DNA of 63,922 bases, counting the filler, from an uncultured bacterium (GTDB taxonomy: Bacteria > Hinthialibacterota > Hinthialibacteria > Hinthialibacterales > Hinthialibacteraceae): NCBI GenBank assembly GCA_964449065.1. It is 3 parts of 3 records of this genome, joined end to end, with 100 filler letters (N's around TTAATTAATTAA, not from the genome) between each part and the next. Parts side by side here need not be neighbours in the genome. Positions count along the whole stretch, not along the records: positions 23,253 to 46,399 come from CAYVAZ010000035.1; 2 more parts are not named here. The stretch is one strand, 5' to 3'. Shown piece by piece: positions 32,554 to 44,300 of this stretch (positions are counted from its first letter, which is position 1; each line of letters opens with the position of its first letter). Position numbers and translations under genes: made by a program. Under the pieces are notes generated by a model. That model was not told where the DNA came from. It did no database searches and saw only the letters and a list, made by a program, of their open reading frames with translations.

Positions 32554-33198
32554 TTAGGGACTGGCCTGTCCGCCGCCATACAAATAATCATAAACCCGGT
32601 TCAACGTTCTAAACTCCGCCCCATTCGGCCGCTGCCCGCCGCCAATCTGAATGTTCCCGTTGCTATTGAGGCCGTTGGTCACTTCATACGCACGGCGGTC
32701 CAGCCACACCTGCGCTTGGTTCTCACTGCGCCCGCCCCACGGAAACTGTCCGTTGGTAAAGCCTTCATTGTCGTTGTCATGATCGGGACCGAAACTGAGC
32801 GTCATATAGGTGTTCAACGGATCACCGCTTGGAGTATAAACATTGGGCAATAGCGTTGAGCCAGTAAGGATAATAATAAAACTCTCGTTAGCATCTCGTA
32901 CTTCATGGCGCCCAAAAGGATCACTCGCCACACTGCTTAAATAGGCCACCGGCGTTGTCAGCTTGGCAAAGCCGGTCATATACCGCGGGATATCCGAACC
33001 GTTCGCATCCGGGATATACGAATTGCGGTCCAGGAAATACATCTCCATCCCGGTCGAGATGGCCTTCATATCCGCCTTTACCCGCGCAATCTTCGCCCGC
33101 ACCTGCGCGTTCAAGAAATTCGGGACCGCAATCGCCGCTAGAATGCCGATAATCGCCACCACGATCAATAGTTCTATAAGTGTGAAACCTCTCGTCAT
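32554..33198 (-). CDS. Prepilin-type N-terminal cleavage/methylation protein (pseudopilin-like)
   Basis: MTRG|FTLIELLIVVAIIGILAAIAVPNF; LTTPVAYL; SFGPD; YEVTNG. Confidence 0.92.
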   Translation of the reverse strand: MTRGFTLIELLIVVAIIGILAAIAVPNFLNAQVRAKIARVKADMKAISTGMEMYFLDRNSYIPDANGSDIPRYMTGFAKLTTPVAYLSSVASDPFGRHEVRDANESFIIILTGSTLLPNVYTPSGDPLNTYMTLSFGPDHDNDNEGFTNGQFPWGGRSENQAQVWLDRRAYEVTNGLNSNGNIQIGGGQRPNGAEFRTLNRVYDYLYGGGQASP

Positions 33199-33506
33199 CT
33201 TCTGTTCCTAAGCTGTTTTTCAATCCATTTCGGATCACGTTTCATTGGCATAACTGCAATAACCCTTGCTGTTTCTACTCGAATCTCATAATAGATAGCG
33301 TATGGAAAATAGTTTGATAACATTCGAAAATATCCATATTGCTTTACATGAATTCCTGCAAAATGGTAATAGGCCTCAATGTATTCAATTAATTTGTCCC
33401 AACAATAATCACCAACACCGGGCTGAATTCGATTAAAATGATCACATGCATCGTGCAAGTCTTGCGCCGCTTCTTCAAGAAAAACAACTTCACGAATTTG
33501 TATCAT
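33195..33506 (-). CDS. RelE/ParE family toxin
   Basis: FLEEAAQDL...FPYAIYY...VIAVMPMKRDP pattern; overlaps the upstream antitoxin by ATGA. Confidence 0.85.
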   Translation of the reverse strand: MIQIREVVFLEEAAQDLHDACDHFNRIQPGVGDYCWDKLIEYIEAYYHFAGIHVKQYGYFRMLSNYFPYAIYYEIRVETARVIAVMPMKRDPKWIEKQLRNRR

Positions 33507-33705
33507 TTCCGTTGGGCTTTTAATTCATCCAATGAAATAACCTTTGCCGTACCCTCTTCAATTTTGCGTTTCCGTTCAGATAAAATCTCTTCATGCCAAT
33601 CAGGAGATTTCATTTCATTTACATCCTCTAACAACAAATCCCAAACGGTCTCGAGAACTTGCAGGCGCTCAACTCTACTCATTTTTTTAATTCAGACGTA
33701 TTCAT
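33503..33705 (-). CDS. Addiction-module antitoxin with a frameshift in an A7 run
   Basis: Manual translation MNTSELKK / MSRVERLQVLETVWDLL...SPDWHEEILSERKRKIEEG...SLDELK; GGAG RBS precedes ATG 33705 but only ATG 33682 is in frame. Confidence 0.8.
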
Positions 33706-33781
33706 TTTATCTCCGTAGTCTCTGTGTCTCTGTGTCTTTTTATCTATATCATAACATATTTTCGTTCATATCGTGTTAATT

Positions 33782-36562
33782 TCACTCCACCACGTCGATC
33801 CCCAACACCTCACTGTCTCTGTCCGCATTCCGCTGGAAATCAAACTTCACCACGCGGTAGCTGCTATCCGGCTTATCGATTCCAAACAGCACTTCCTCCC
33901 CATTGGCCGCATCCCCATCAAACTCACCCGCCCTTACATAAACCGGATCATCCGCTTCCCACTCCTCCATCTTTGGAACCTGCCATATCCCATTCACCGG
34001 ACGCGCAAACCCATGCTTTCTTCCCTGCCCCGCGTTCACCTGAATTACACATAACCGAAACCCGTTTCCGTTCGCGGCAGCCACCAGTTCTTTCCGCCCG
34101 TCGCCATCCAAATCGGCAACGGCCAGCCGCACGCTGCCGTCCCCGCGGTATCCCGGCGGGAACCCCGCGAAGTTCGATTTCACCGGGTCATACACATCCG
34201 ACTCAAAATCCAGCACCGAAAACAGACCCTGCGATTCTGCACTATCCGTCTGCCCCGCAATAAGTTCATCCTTCCCGTCTCCGTCTATATCCCCGGCGGA
34301 TAAATACACTCCATTGCGCAGATTCTTACTGTTCGGCACATCCTCCAACGGCTGAAACTGACGGACAATGGATGAACTATCCATAAAATTAATATCCTGC
34401 ATCGCCATGAGACGCGTTGTGCTGAGCGGATCGGTACTGCCCGCAACCGGAGCCACGGCCAGCAGCCATTCATCTTCACGCACAAAATTCCCCGCCACAC
34501 AATTCATCTCTTCTTCAAAATAGCCGCTCACCACATCGCGCGGATACGGAATCACCGGATACCCCCGAAACGGAATCTTTGTATGATTGTATGTGGCGAT
34601 GTGAGTGAACGGATGCCACCCCAGAACCCCCCCTTCATGAACAACCGCATGTTCGCGTACATCCATCTCCCCGCTCAACCGGTACATCGCAAACCGCTCG
34701 TAAGGAAACCACTGCTTGGGCTGCCGCTTAAAATCCGCCGCCAATTCAGCCGCCGCATGTTCGTCTTCATCCAAAAACGCCAACCGAAACCGCTCTGAGC
34801 GTTCTTGATATTCCGGCTGCTCCAACTCTCTCCATACCACATCCAGTTGATCCCACAAATACGATTCCGGCAACAGTTCCTCAATCAAAAGCCCGATCAC
34901 ATACTGCGCTTCATTCACCCCCGCAGGTTTCGTACGCTGATACAAACGCAAAATCTCTCCAAAATCTTTGTACGGATACGTGTGCAGCAGTGTATGCGAC
35001 TGCAAAAACCACTCCGGCTCAAAGCGCAGCGTCTGCGATATCTTTAGTGTTGTGTTATAGCGGAACGGATCGACTACATCCTGATGCGTCATCTCGCGGT
35101 GCGAGGGACCGCTGCTGGTAATCATCAAATCATCAAACAGCATAGTGGGGATAATGTTGTATTTCGATACCCCGTTCGTTTTCGCATTCCCCACTCCTCC
35201 ACTCAGCCAAATCGAAAGATTCATCGCGTTAAAGCGGTCCAGCCAGGGGAGAACCAAAATGTCTGTTGGTTCATTTTCATCTTCAACCGCGGCGGCGATA
35301 TCTTTGCTGATTTTGCGGTGCGCCAACCCATACGATCGCGGCGGCCGCTTGGGATACTCAAAAAAGCCCACCTGCGGCTCCAGCCACATTTGGGATTTAT
35401 ACCCCTCATACCGCTCCGCGCTGCCCGAAAACATCGCCCATTGATGATACAGCATCACCCCAAGCAGCAATAGCAAAACATGCGGCACATACACCCGGCT
35501 ATACCCCTCCGGAACCCGCGACCATGATAACCCCAACCCAACCGCCAGCATGGGATACAACGGCAACAGGTATTTCTGCGCCACGTTGGTGGGGTTCACC
35601 GCAAAAAACAACCAAAACACTACCAATGACAACCCCACCCAAATCAGCACCCTTTTCTTTTGAGTGGATATATTCTTCCACCCGTACAGCCAAAATACCG
35701 CGGCACCGGAAGCCAGCACCAGCGCATGAAGCCATTGCAGCTTTACCAGCAAAAGCCCCGGATAATACCATAGCGCCTTTACACTCCACCCATTCACAAA
35801 TGGGGTAAACAGGTCCGACTCACCCACTTCCGCCTGATACGAAAGCAGTTCACTCGCCTTCCACACGTACCACGGCAGCGCCAACACGGCCGGAATCCCC
35901 AAGATCAATGCAGCATAGATCCATTTTTGTTTTGAACTCTCCTTCCGAATCATGCCCCATAATACCGCCGCAACCGGCCCGGCCATCACCAAAAAGAAGA
36001 TCCACTTCAACAGCATCCCGCAGGAGAGCGATACGCCTAACCAAAACGCATATAATAATGTTTTTTGGGAAACCACTTTATCCAAGCAATATACCGATGC
36101 GGCAATCACAACCATCATCGGCACCTCGGTCTCAAACAGCGGCAGATATTCATGCCAAAACGGGCAACTCATTAAAAACGCCGCCGCAAGCACCCCTGCA
36201 ACCGAACTTGCATGCCGCCGCACAATCGCAAACACAATCCATGCCGTCAAAGAAAGCCATACCACGTTTAGATACAACACCCGGTCCGGCTCCATTCCCA
36301 ACAACAGCATTCCCGCCGCACCAACCATGCTTTGCAATGGCGGCCGGTACGGTACCAAATCCTGTACAACCCGCAGCCCCGCCAACCCGTTCTCCTGCAC
36401 GGCTTGAATCAGCGTCTGGCTCCCTTGAATGTAATAAATACTGTCCGATATCGGCGGCGCGTCATCCAACGCCAGCCACATCACATTCGAGGCGGTATAC
36501 AACATCAACACTATATAAAACAGGATCGTGAACTGCCTATCGGTTTTAATCATAATCCTCAC
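33782..36562 (-). CDS. GT-C (ArnT/PMT-like) glycosyltransferase fused to C-terminal FG-GAP-like repeats
   Basis: PPISD, YRPPL, LLKW, PWY in the multi-TM N-half; AGDIDGDGKDELI, ADLDGDGRKELV, GEFDGD at the C-terminus. Confidence 0.78.
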   Translation of the reverse strand: MRIMIKTDRQFTILFYIVLMLYTASNVMWLALDDAPPISDSIYYIQGSQTLIQAVQENGLAGLRVVQDLVPYRPPLQSMVGAAGMLLLGMEPDRVLYLNVVWLSLTAWIVFAIVRRHASSVAGVLAAAFLMSCPFWHEYLPLFETEVPMMVVIAASVYCLDKVVSQKTLLYAFWLGVSLSCGMLLKWIFFLVMAGPVAAVLWGMIRKESSKQKWIYAALILGIPAVLALPWYVWKASELLSYQAEVGESDLFTPFVNGWSVKALWYYPGLLLVKLQWLHALVLASGAAVFWLYGWKNISTQKKRVLIWVGLSLVVFWLFFAVNPTNVAQKYLLPLYPMLAVGLGLSWSRVPEGYSRVYVPHVLLLLLGVMLYHQWAMFSGSAERYEGYKSQMWLEPQVGFFEYPKRPPRSYGLAHRKISKDIAAAVEDENEPTDILVLPWLDRFNAMNLSIWLSGGVGNAKTNGVSKYNIIPTMLFDDLMITSSGPSHREMTHQDVVDPFRYNTTLKISQTLRFEPEWFLQSHTLLHTYPYKDFGEILRLYQRTKPAGVNEAQYVIGLLIEELLPESYLWDQLDVVWRELEQPEYQERSERFRLAFLDEDEHAAAELAADFKRQPKQWFPYERFAMYRLSGEMDVREHAVVHEGGVLGWHPFTHIATYNHTKIPFRGYPVIPYPRDVVSGYFEEEMNCVAGNFVREDEWLLAVAPVAGSTDPLSTTRLMAMQDINFMDSSSIVRQFQPLEDVPNSKNLRNGVYLSAGDIDGDGKDELIAGQTDSAESQGLFSVLDFESDVYDPVKSNFAGFPPGYRGDGSVRLAVADLDGDGRKELVAAANGNGFRLCVIQVNAGQGRKHGFARPVNGIWQVPKMEEWEADDPVYVRAGEFDGDAANGEEVLFGIDKPDSSYRVVKFDFQRNADRDSEVLGIDVVE

Positions 36563-36995
36563 ACTTCCACGAAATATTAACCGAAAAAGAGTATCTCAAT
36601 TTTGTGGGAATCGGTAGGATGAATGAAAAGACTCAACACCGTATCAAGGATCTGTATCGAGGATAACGTGATAGGCTATCGTTTTCCTGCTGATAGAACT
36701 GAAAGAATCCAGTCTTTTCGCAAACGACAGCGCAGTGGTAGAGCATTTTTTTTCAAAGCATGTTCATTTTACGGTATGTCATAAGGTACCTTTTATCAGT
36801 CCAGGTACAGACAAAAAAACAAGCCGATACCGTTTCCATGGTAAATTGTAGAGTAAACGCGGCGCTAAACCTCTACAAAAATTAGGCTTAGCAGTTTTCG
36901 TCCCTACAAATTATAAGTAGAATTGAAACAAATATCCCATAATCGTAAAGTTCATCCCTGTCAAGAAAAAAGTTGAAAAAAATTATTCCTACCTA

Positions 36996-37024
36996 TTGAC
37001 ACCTTTAAATAAGGATCATATACT
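36996..37024 (+). promoter_or_regulatory. Sigma70-type promoter for rpoBC
   Basis: TTGACA (36996-37001), 17-nt spacer, TATACT (37019-37024), upstream A-tracts. Confidence 0.8.
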
Positions 37025-37048
37025 GAATAGTTCAAATGCGCGAAATTC

Positions 37049-37205
37049 GGGTCCCGACAATTAAATTAAAACACTCCTACCATATTGAGTTGATGAAAAT
37101 ACCGTTTCAACTTACATCATGGGAAGTGCGAACTTCCTCATTCTGCGGTTATGCAGAGGTTTTCAGTCTGCGTAAGTCATTATTTTATAGTTTGTTACGA
37201 GACCC
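37049..37205 (+). ncRNA. Candidate structured RNA in the rpoB 5' leader
   Basis: GGGTC/GACCC closing stem enclosing hairpins TGAGTTGA/TCAACTTA, GGAAGT-GCGA-ACTTCC and TCTGC/GCAGA; folded by eye. Confidence 0.4.
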
Positions 37206-37371
37206 TATACCCAATAGAATCTGACACTTAATCCATACACATGCCATGGGGAACAGGATTGAATGTCGTATGCAATGCAATGGGAAAGCCGGAATCAATG
37301 GGAAAGAGATGGAATTAATTACATAAATATACACCGCTTTCAGATTGAATACCCTTAGAGGAGTCAAGTCC

Positions 37372-40300
37372 ATGCCAACAAAAAATGCAGATCTTTGTCC
37401 CTGGCGCGAGCGCAAAAGCTTTGCCAAAATCGAAACCATTATCGACATGCCGGACCTCATCGAAACCCAGCAGGAATCCTATGCCACCTTTCTGCAGGAA
37501 GAACAATTACCGGACAAACGCAAACTCATCGGCCTGGAAAAATGCTTTGAGTCGATTTTCCCCATCCAAGGTAGAGATGGTTCCGTATTGGAATATGTCA
37601 ATTATACCCTTGGCCGCCCCAAATACGACACCACTGAATGCATCGACCGCGGAATGACCTTCGCTTCCCCACTGCGCATCAAGGTTCGCCTTATCATCAA
37701 AAAAGCGGAATCAAAAGAAGAAGAACCGGAAATCGTTGACATCCGCGAGGAAGAGATTTACATTGGCGAAATTCCGCTCATGACCCCCCGTGGCACGTTT
37801 ATCATCAACGGTGCCGAACGCGTGGTTGTCAGCCAGTTGCACCGCTCGCCCGGTGCCACCTTTAACGTCGAAATGCACCACAGCGGACAGCGCATCATTC
37901 AGGCTGCCATTATCCCCAACCGCGGCGCCTGGCTTGAATTTGAAAACGATCTCAACGACGTTCTTTCCGTCATCATTGACCGCCGCCGCAAACTACCTGC
38001 CACCGTTCTGTTGCGCGCATTCGGCTTTTCTACCGATGACGACGTCATGCAGCTCTTCATCAGCCAAAAAACTGCCAAAGTCACCTCCCGTTCCCGCAAT
38101 ACATTGGTGGGCAAGGTGATTTGCCGGGATGTGGTAGACCCCGATACCAACGTCGCCCTCATCGAATCCGGCACCGAAATCACCAACGAAGTCTTTGACC
38201 GCATCATCGAGCTTAAAATCAACGAAGTCCCGGTTTTGGATGGAAATCCCCGCGATTTCGCTATGGTTCGCAACACCCTCTTAAAAGACAATACGATCGA
38301 CCGCGACAGCGCGCTGATTGAAATTTACCAAACCCTGCGTCCCGGTGAACCACCCGCCATCAAAAACGCCGTCACCTTATTTGACAACTTATTTTGCAAA
38401 GAACGCCGCTATGATCTCTCCCGTGTCGGCCGCTACCGCCTGAATAAAAAACTCAGCATTGAAGTGGATGAAAATGAAGTCACATTAACCGCGGAAGACG
38501 TCGTCGCCCTGATCCGCTATATTCTCTTCCTCAACAAAGGAGAAGGAATTTCCGACGATATCGACCATTTGGGCAACCGCCGTGTCCGCACCATCGGCGA
38601 ACTTCTCGAAAATCAAGTCCGTTTGGGTCTTGCCCGGATGGAGCGCACCATCCGCGAAAAAATGGGTGTGCTCGACCTTGAAAATATCATGCCCCGCAAC
38701 CTCGTCAACGCGAAACCGATTACTACTTCCATCTCCGACTTCTTCGCCCGCAGCCAGCTGTCGCAGTTCTTGGATCAAGTCAATCCGCTCTCCGAACTGA
38801 CTCACAAACGCCGCTTGTCGGCCCTCGGACCGGGCGGCCTCAATCGCGAACGTGCCGGCTTTGAGGTCCGCGACGTTCACCACACCCACTATGGCCGGGT
38901 TTGCCCTATCGAAACTCCAGAAGGTCCCAATATCGGCCTGATCTCCAGTTTGTCCACCTTCGCGCGGGTGAATGAGTTCGGGTTCATCGAATCTCCCTAC
39001 CGTGTAGTAAAAAACGGTGTCGTCACCCACGAAATCAATTATCTTAGCGCCGATGACGAAGACAACTTCATTATTGCTCAGGCCAACGCGCCCATAAACG
39101 AAAAAGGCAAGTTTAAACGCGACCGCATCCTCTCCCGCTACCGCGGCAACTTCCCCCGCGTAGCCCNNNNNNNNNNACACAAGTGAACTACATGGATGTT
39201 TCGCCGTTGCAGTTGGTCTCGATTTCCGCCGGATTGATCCCCTTCTTGGAACACGACGACGCCAACCGCGCTCTGATGGGGTCCAACATGCAGCGCCAAT
39301 CGGTGCCATTGCTTAGAACCTCCGCCCCATTGGTCGGTACCGGTGTGGAATACCGCGCCGCCAAAGACTCCGGTGTGGTCATTGTCGCCAAGCGCAGCGG
39401 GACCGTTGACTATGTCGATGCCCAGCGCATCGAAATCGTCCCCGACAAACCGAATTCCGAAAACGACCGGGATGTCTATACACTCTCTAAATTTTTCCGT
39501 TCCAATCAAAACACCTGCATCAATCAAAAGCCGATTGTTCGTCATGGGCAAAAGGTGCAAAAAGGCTGGGTCATCGCCGACGGTCCTGCCACCGAAAAAG
39601 GCGAAATCGCTCTCGGCAAAAACGTGTTGGTCGCGTATATGTCTTGGGAGGGCGGCAACTTCGAGGACGCCATCATCGTGAGCGAACGCTTGATTCACGA
39701 AGACACCTTCACCAGCATCCATATTGAAGAATTTAAAGTCGAAGCACGGGATACCAAATTGGGGGAAGAAGAAATCACCCGCGATATCCCCAACGTCGGT
39801 GAAGAGTCTCTCAAACAGTTGGATGAAAACGGCATCATCCGTGTCGGCGCTCCAGTCAATCCGGGCGATATCCTTGTCGGTAAAGTGTCCCCCAAAGGGA
39901 AAGTGCAAACCTCCAACGTCGAAAAACTCCTGCGCGCGATCTTCGGAAAGCGCGCCGAAGACGTCAAAGACATCTCTCTCAAAGCGTCACCGGGCACACA
40001 GGGCGTGGTGGTGGATGTCAAAGTCTTCTCCCGCAAAATGCGCGGCGGACGCGGACGCGCGGAAGACGAACGCGCCATCAAGCGCCTCATCTCCGAACGC
40101 GACAAAGATGTACAGGATGCCGTAGACGAATGGACAGCCGCAGCCGAAACTTATCTCAAAGAAGCCAAACTCAAAGGCGATTTGGTTAATCCCCACACCG
40201 GCGAAGTCGTCTTCTCCAAAGGCAAAACCGTCACCGCCGCCGACCTGAAAAAACTCAAAGGCGTAACCGTACAGGATCTGATCATCAATGGCGACGACAA

Positions 40301-41231
40301 CTTCGAACGTCTGCACGTGAAATTCCGCCTGAAAACCGAAGATATCGAGCAGCAGTACGATAAAAAGATCGAATACATCAAAACCGGCGATATCCTGCCT
40401 CCGGGCGTGCTCAAAATGGTCAAAGTTTACGTCGCCAAGAAAAAGAAACTCTCCGTCGGCGATAAAATGGCCGGACGCCATGGAAACAAAGGCGTCGTCT
40501 CCCGCGTGGTTCCGGTTGAAGATATGCCCTATATGGAAGACGGCACACCAGTTGACGTCATCCTCAACCCGCTTGGGGTACCGTCCCGAATGAACGTTGG
40601 TCAGGTCTTCGAAACTCACCTCGGTTTGGCCTGCCGCAAATTGGGGATTCATATCGCTACCCCAGTGTTTGACGGCGCCAAAGAGCAGGATGTATTGGAT
40701 CATCTGCAAGACGCCGGCCTTCCAGTCTCTGGTTCCTCTGTCTTATTCGACGGCCGAACCGGTGAACGCTTCTCTGAAGAGGTCACCGTGGGCGTCTCGT
40801 ACATGCTGAAACTCAATCACTTGGTGGACGATAAAATCCACGCGCGTTCTATCGGTCCCTACTCGCTCGTTACCCAGCAGCCTTTGGGCGGCAAAGCCCA
40901 ATTCGGCGGCCAGCGTTTGGGTGAGATGGAAGTCTGGGCGCTTGAAGCGTATGGCGCCGCCCATACCCTGCAAGAGCTGCTCACCGTGAAATCCGATGAC
41001 ATCGTCGGCCGCAACCGTATTTACGAAGCCATTGTGAAGGGGGAAAACGCGCGCGCTCCGGGATTGCCCGAATCCTTCTACGTCCTGGTGAAAGAACTTC
41101 AATGCTTGGGGCTTGGTATTGAACTCGTCGAAGACCAAAAAGAAGGGAACGAAGAAGCCAAAGACGGCAAACGGCGTGACCGCGGTCGCGAAAAAGACAA
41201 AGAAAAAGAACGCGAAGAAACTATAGCTTAA
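37372..41231 (+). CDS. rpoB: DNA-directed RNA polymerase subunit beta (one gene; apparent split caused by the N10 gap at 39167-39176)
   Basis: [85 protein letters not shown]. Confidence 0.98.
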
Positions 41232-41315
41232 GGTCAAATCGCAGGGGGGCATAGCAAGGTGCCCCGAAACAATCTGTTAACACAATACGCAAGAAGACAA
41301 TAAAGAGGTGATACG

Positions 41316-44300
41316 ATGTGGAAATCGCTGCAAACCCCAGCCGCAAAACGGCGAGAAGATGAGATCCGGGATATCAACCGGGTTCGCTCTATAAAAATTA
41401 CGCTGGCTTCTCCTGATCAAATTCGCAGTTGGTCTTACGGGGAAGTCAAAAATCCTGAAACGATTGACTACAAAACCTATAAACCCAAGCCGGACGGGCT
41501 GTTTTGTGAACGCATTTTCGGCCCCACCCGCGATTACGAATGCGCCTGCGGCAAATTCAAAGGCATCAAACACCGCGGCGTGGTCTGTGACCGTTGCGGG
41601 GTGGAAGTTACCCAGTCCAAAGTCCGGCGCAGCCGCATTGGCTCGATTGAACTCGAAATGCCGGTCGCCCACATTTGGTTTTCCAAAAGCGTGCCCAGCC
41701 GGATGGCGACTTTGCTGGATATGTCCATCAAGGTGTTGGAACGGGTTCTCTATTATGAAGAATACATTGTGTTGGACCCCGGCCCGACCGGTCTGAACAA
41801 AATGGATGTTCTCTCCGAACGCGAATTCGCACACTACCGGGAAGAATACGGGGGGGAATTCCGGGTCGGCATGGGAGCCGAAGCCATCAAGGAAGTATTA
41901 AAAGATTTGGATTTGGACGCGCTCGCGCAAGAAATGCGCAACACCATCCGCGATGCCAAATCCAAGCAAAAAATCAAAAAATCAATCAAACGCCTCAAAG
42001 TCATTGAAGATTTCCGCCACAGCGACAACCGCACCGAGTGGATGATTATGGAAGTTTTGCCGGTTTTGCCCCCGGATTTACGTCCGTTGGTACCGCTTGA
42101 CGGTGGGCGCTTCGCGACCTCTGACCTGAATGACCTCTACCGCCGTGTAATCAACCGCAACAACCGCTTGCGCCGCCTCAAAGAAGTCCGCGCGCCGGAA
42201 GTCATTATCCGCAATGAAAAGCGCATGCTGCAAGAATCGGTCGATGCCCTGCTGGACAACGGCCGGCGCGGCCGTCCCGTGAAAGGCTCCAACAACCGCC
42301 CGCTCAAATCCATGAGCGATATGCTCAAAGGAAAGCAAGGCCGCTTCCGCCAAAACCTGCTCGGAAAACGTGTCGATTACTCCGGCCGTTCCGTGATCGT
42401 TTGCGGTCCCGAGCTCAAATTCCATGAATGCGGATTGCCGAAGAAAATGGCACTCGAACTCTTCGAACCCTTTATCATCCGCCGCTTGGAAGAACTCGAT
42501 GAAGTCACCACTATCCGCAGCGCAAAGCGCAAAATTGAACGCGGCGATCCAGAAGTTTTTGATGTACTTGAAGAAGTTATCCAAGATCATCCGGTTTTGT
42601 TGAACCGCGCCCCCACGCTGCACCGCATGGGCATTCAAGCGTTTCAACCCCGCTTGGTCGAAGGGAAAGCCATCCACTTGCATCCCTTAACCTGTACCGC
42701 CTTCAACGCCGACTTTGACGGTGACCAGATGGCGGTGCATTTGCCGCTTTCCAAAGAAGCACAAGCCGAATGCCGCAATTACATGCTGTCCACGAACAAT
42801 ATTCTCAGTCCCTCCAGTGGTGAAGCGATTGCAACGCCCTCGCAGGATATCGTTCTCGGCTTGTACTACCTCACCAAAGTCCGCAAACGCATAAGCGGTT
42901 CCCAACCCAAACGCTTCACCAGCGAAACGGAGGCCGTGATTGCCTACGATCACAACTTTGTCGAATTGCAGGACGAGATCGAAGTTCGCATTGAAGAAGC
43001 CGGACGGATCCGCACGACCATCGGACGCATCTTATTCAACCAAGTGCTCCCGAAAGCCTTGCGCTTTATCAACGAAACTCAAAAGAAAAAATCCCTCAGT
43101 AAATTGGTGTCTGTCTGCTACCAAAAATGCGGCAAAGACGCCTGCATCCAATTCTTGGACGATATGAAAGCGTTGGGTTACTACCACGCGAAAAAAAGCG
43201 GCACTTCCATCAGCCTCAGCCATATGATTGTGCCGAAAGACAAAGAAGACTTACTCAACGATGCCCGGAAAGACGTCCAACTCGTGACCGAACAGTTCGA
43301 AAAAGGCGCCATTACCGATATTGAACGTTATAACAAAGTCATCGACCGCTGGATTCACACCACCGAAGCCGTTGCCGACTCGATGATGAAAGAATTGGAA
43401 GAAGACAACGAAGGCTTCAACCCCGTCTACATTATGGCCGACTCAGGAGCGCGGGGCTCCAGGCAGCAAATTCGCCAGTTGGCAGGGATGCGTGGTCTCA
43501 TGTCCAAACCGATGAAAAAACTCACCGGGGGGATTGGAGAAATTATTGAATCGCCGATCGAATCCAACTTCAAAGAAGGTTTGACCGTGTTGGAATACTT
43601 CATTTCCACCCACGGCGCCCGAAAAGGTCTTGCGGATACCGCGCTCAAAACAGCCGAAGCGGGTTACCTAACCCGCCGGTTGGTTGATGTCGCCCAAGAT
43701 GTGATCATTACCGAAGACGACTGCGGCACTCTACTGGGGTTGGAAGTGTCCGCCATCAAAGAAGGGGACCACATCATCGAATCGATCGAAGACCGCGTCA
43801 TCGGCCGCCACGCTTCCAATGATATATACAACCCCTTGAACGGCAACCTGATTGTCAAAGCCGGTGAGTTGATTGAAGAAGAAGCGGCAGCCGCGATCGG
43901 CCGTTGCGGCATTGAAACCACCTACATCCGCTCCGTGGTTGCCTGTGAATCGCCCCGCGGGGTATGCTCCAAATGCTATGGCCGCGATCTCGCGCGCCGC
44001 GAACCGGTCAACATCGGCCAGGCCGTCGGCATTATCGCCGCCCAATCCATCGGGGAACCGGGGACCCAGCTGACGCTTCGTACCTTCCACATCGGGGGAA
44101 CCACCAGCCGGATTCTCGAAGAATCCGAACTGCGCGTCCGTATGAACGATGACGGCATCGCTGGTCTGCGCGATGGCGAAACCGGCATCATGAAATACAT
44201 CAACCTCAAATTGGTCACCAACCGCCAAAAGGAATTGGTTGCCATCAACAATCTCGGCAAACCCTATTTGCTGCGCAGTTCCATTGTGTGCCCCGATTCC

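Noticed and set aside
36728..36760. AGCGCAGTGGTAGAGCA resembling a tRNA D-arm
   Set aside because: No anticodon stem, T-loop (GTTCRA) or acceptor stem follows
39138..39200. rpoB appearing as two ORFs (split gene, intein or frameshift)
   Set aside because: The break coincides with a 10-N placeholder (39167-39176), and the flanks RVA...[10 protein letters not shown] are contiguous RpoB sequence
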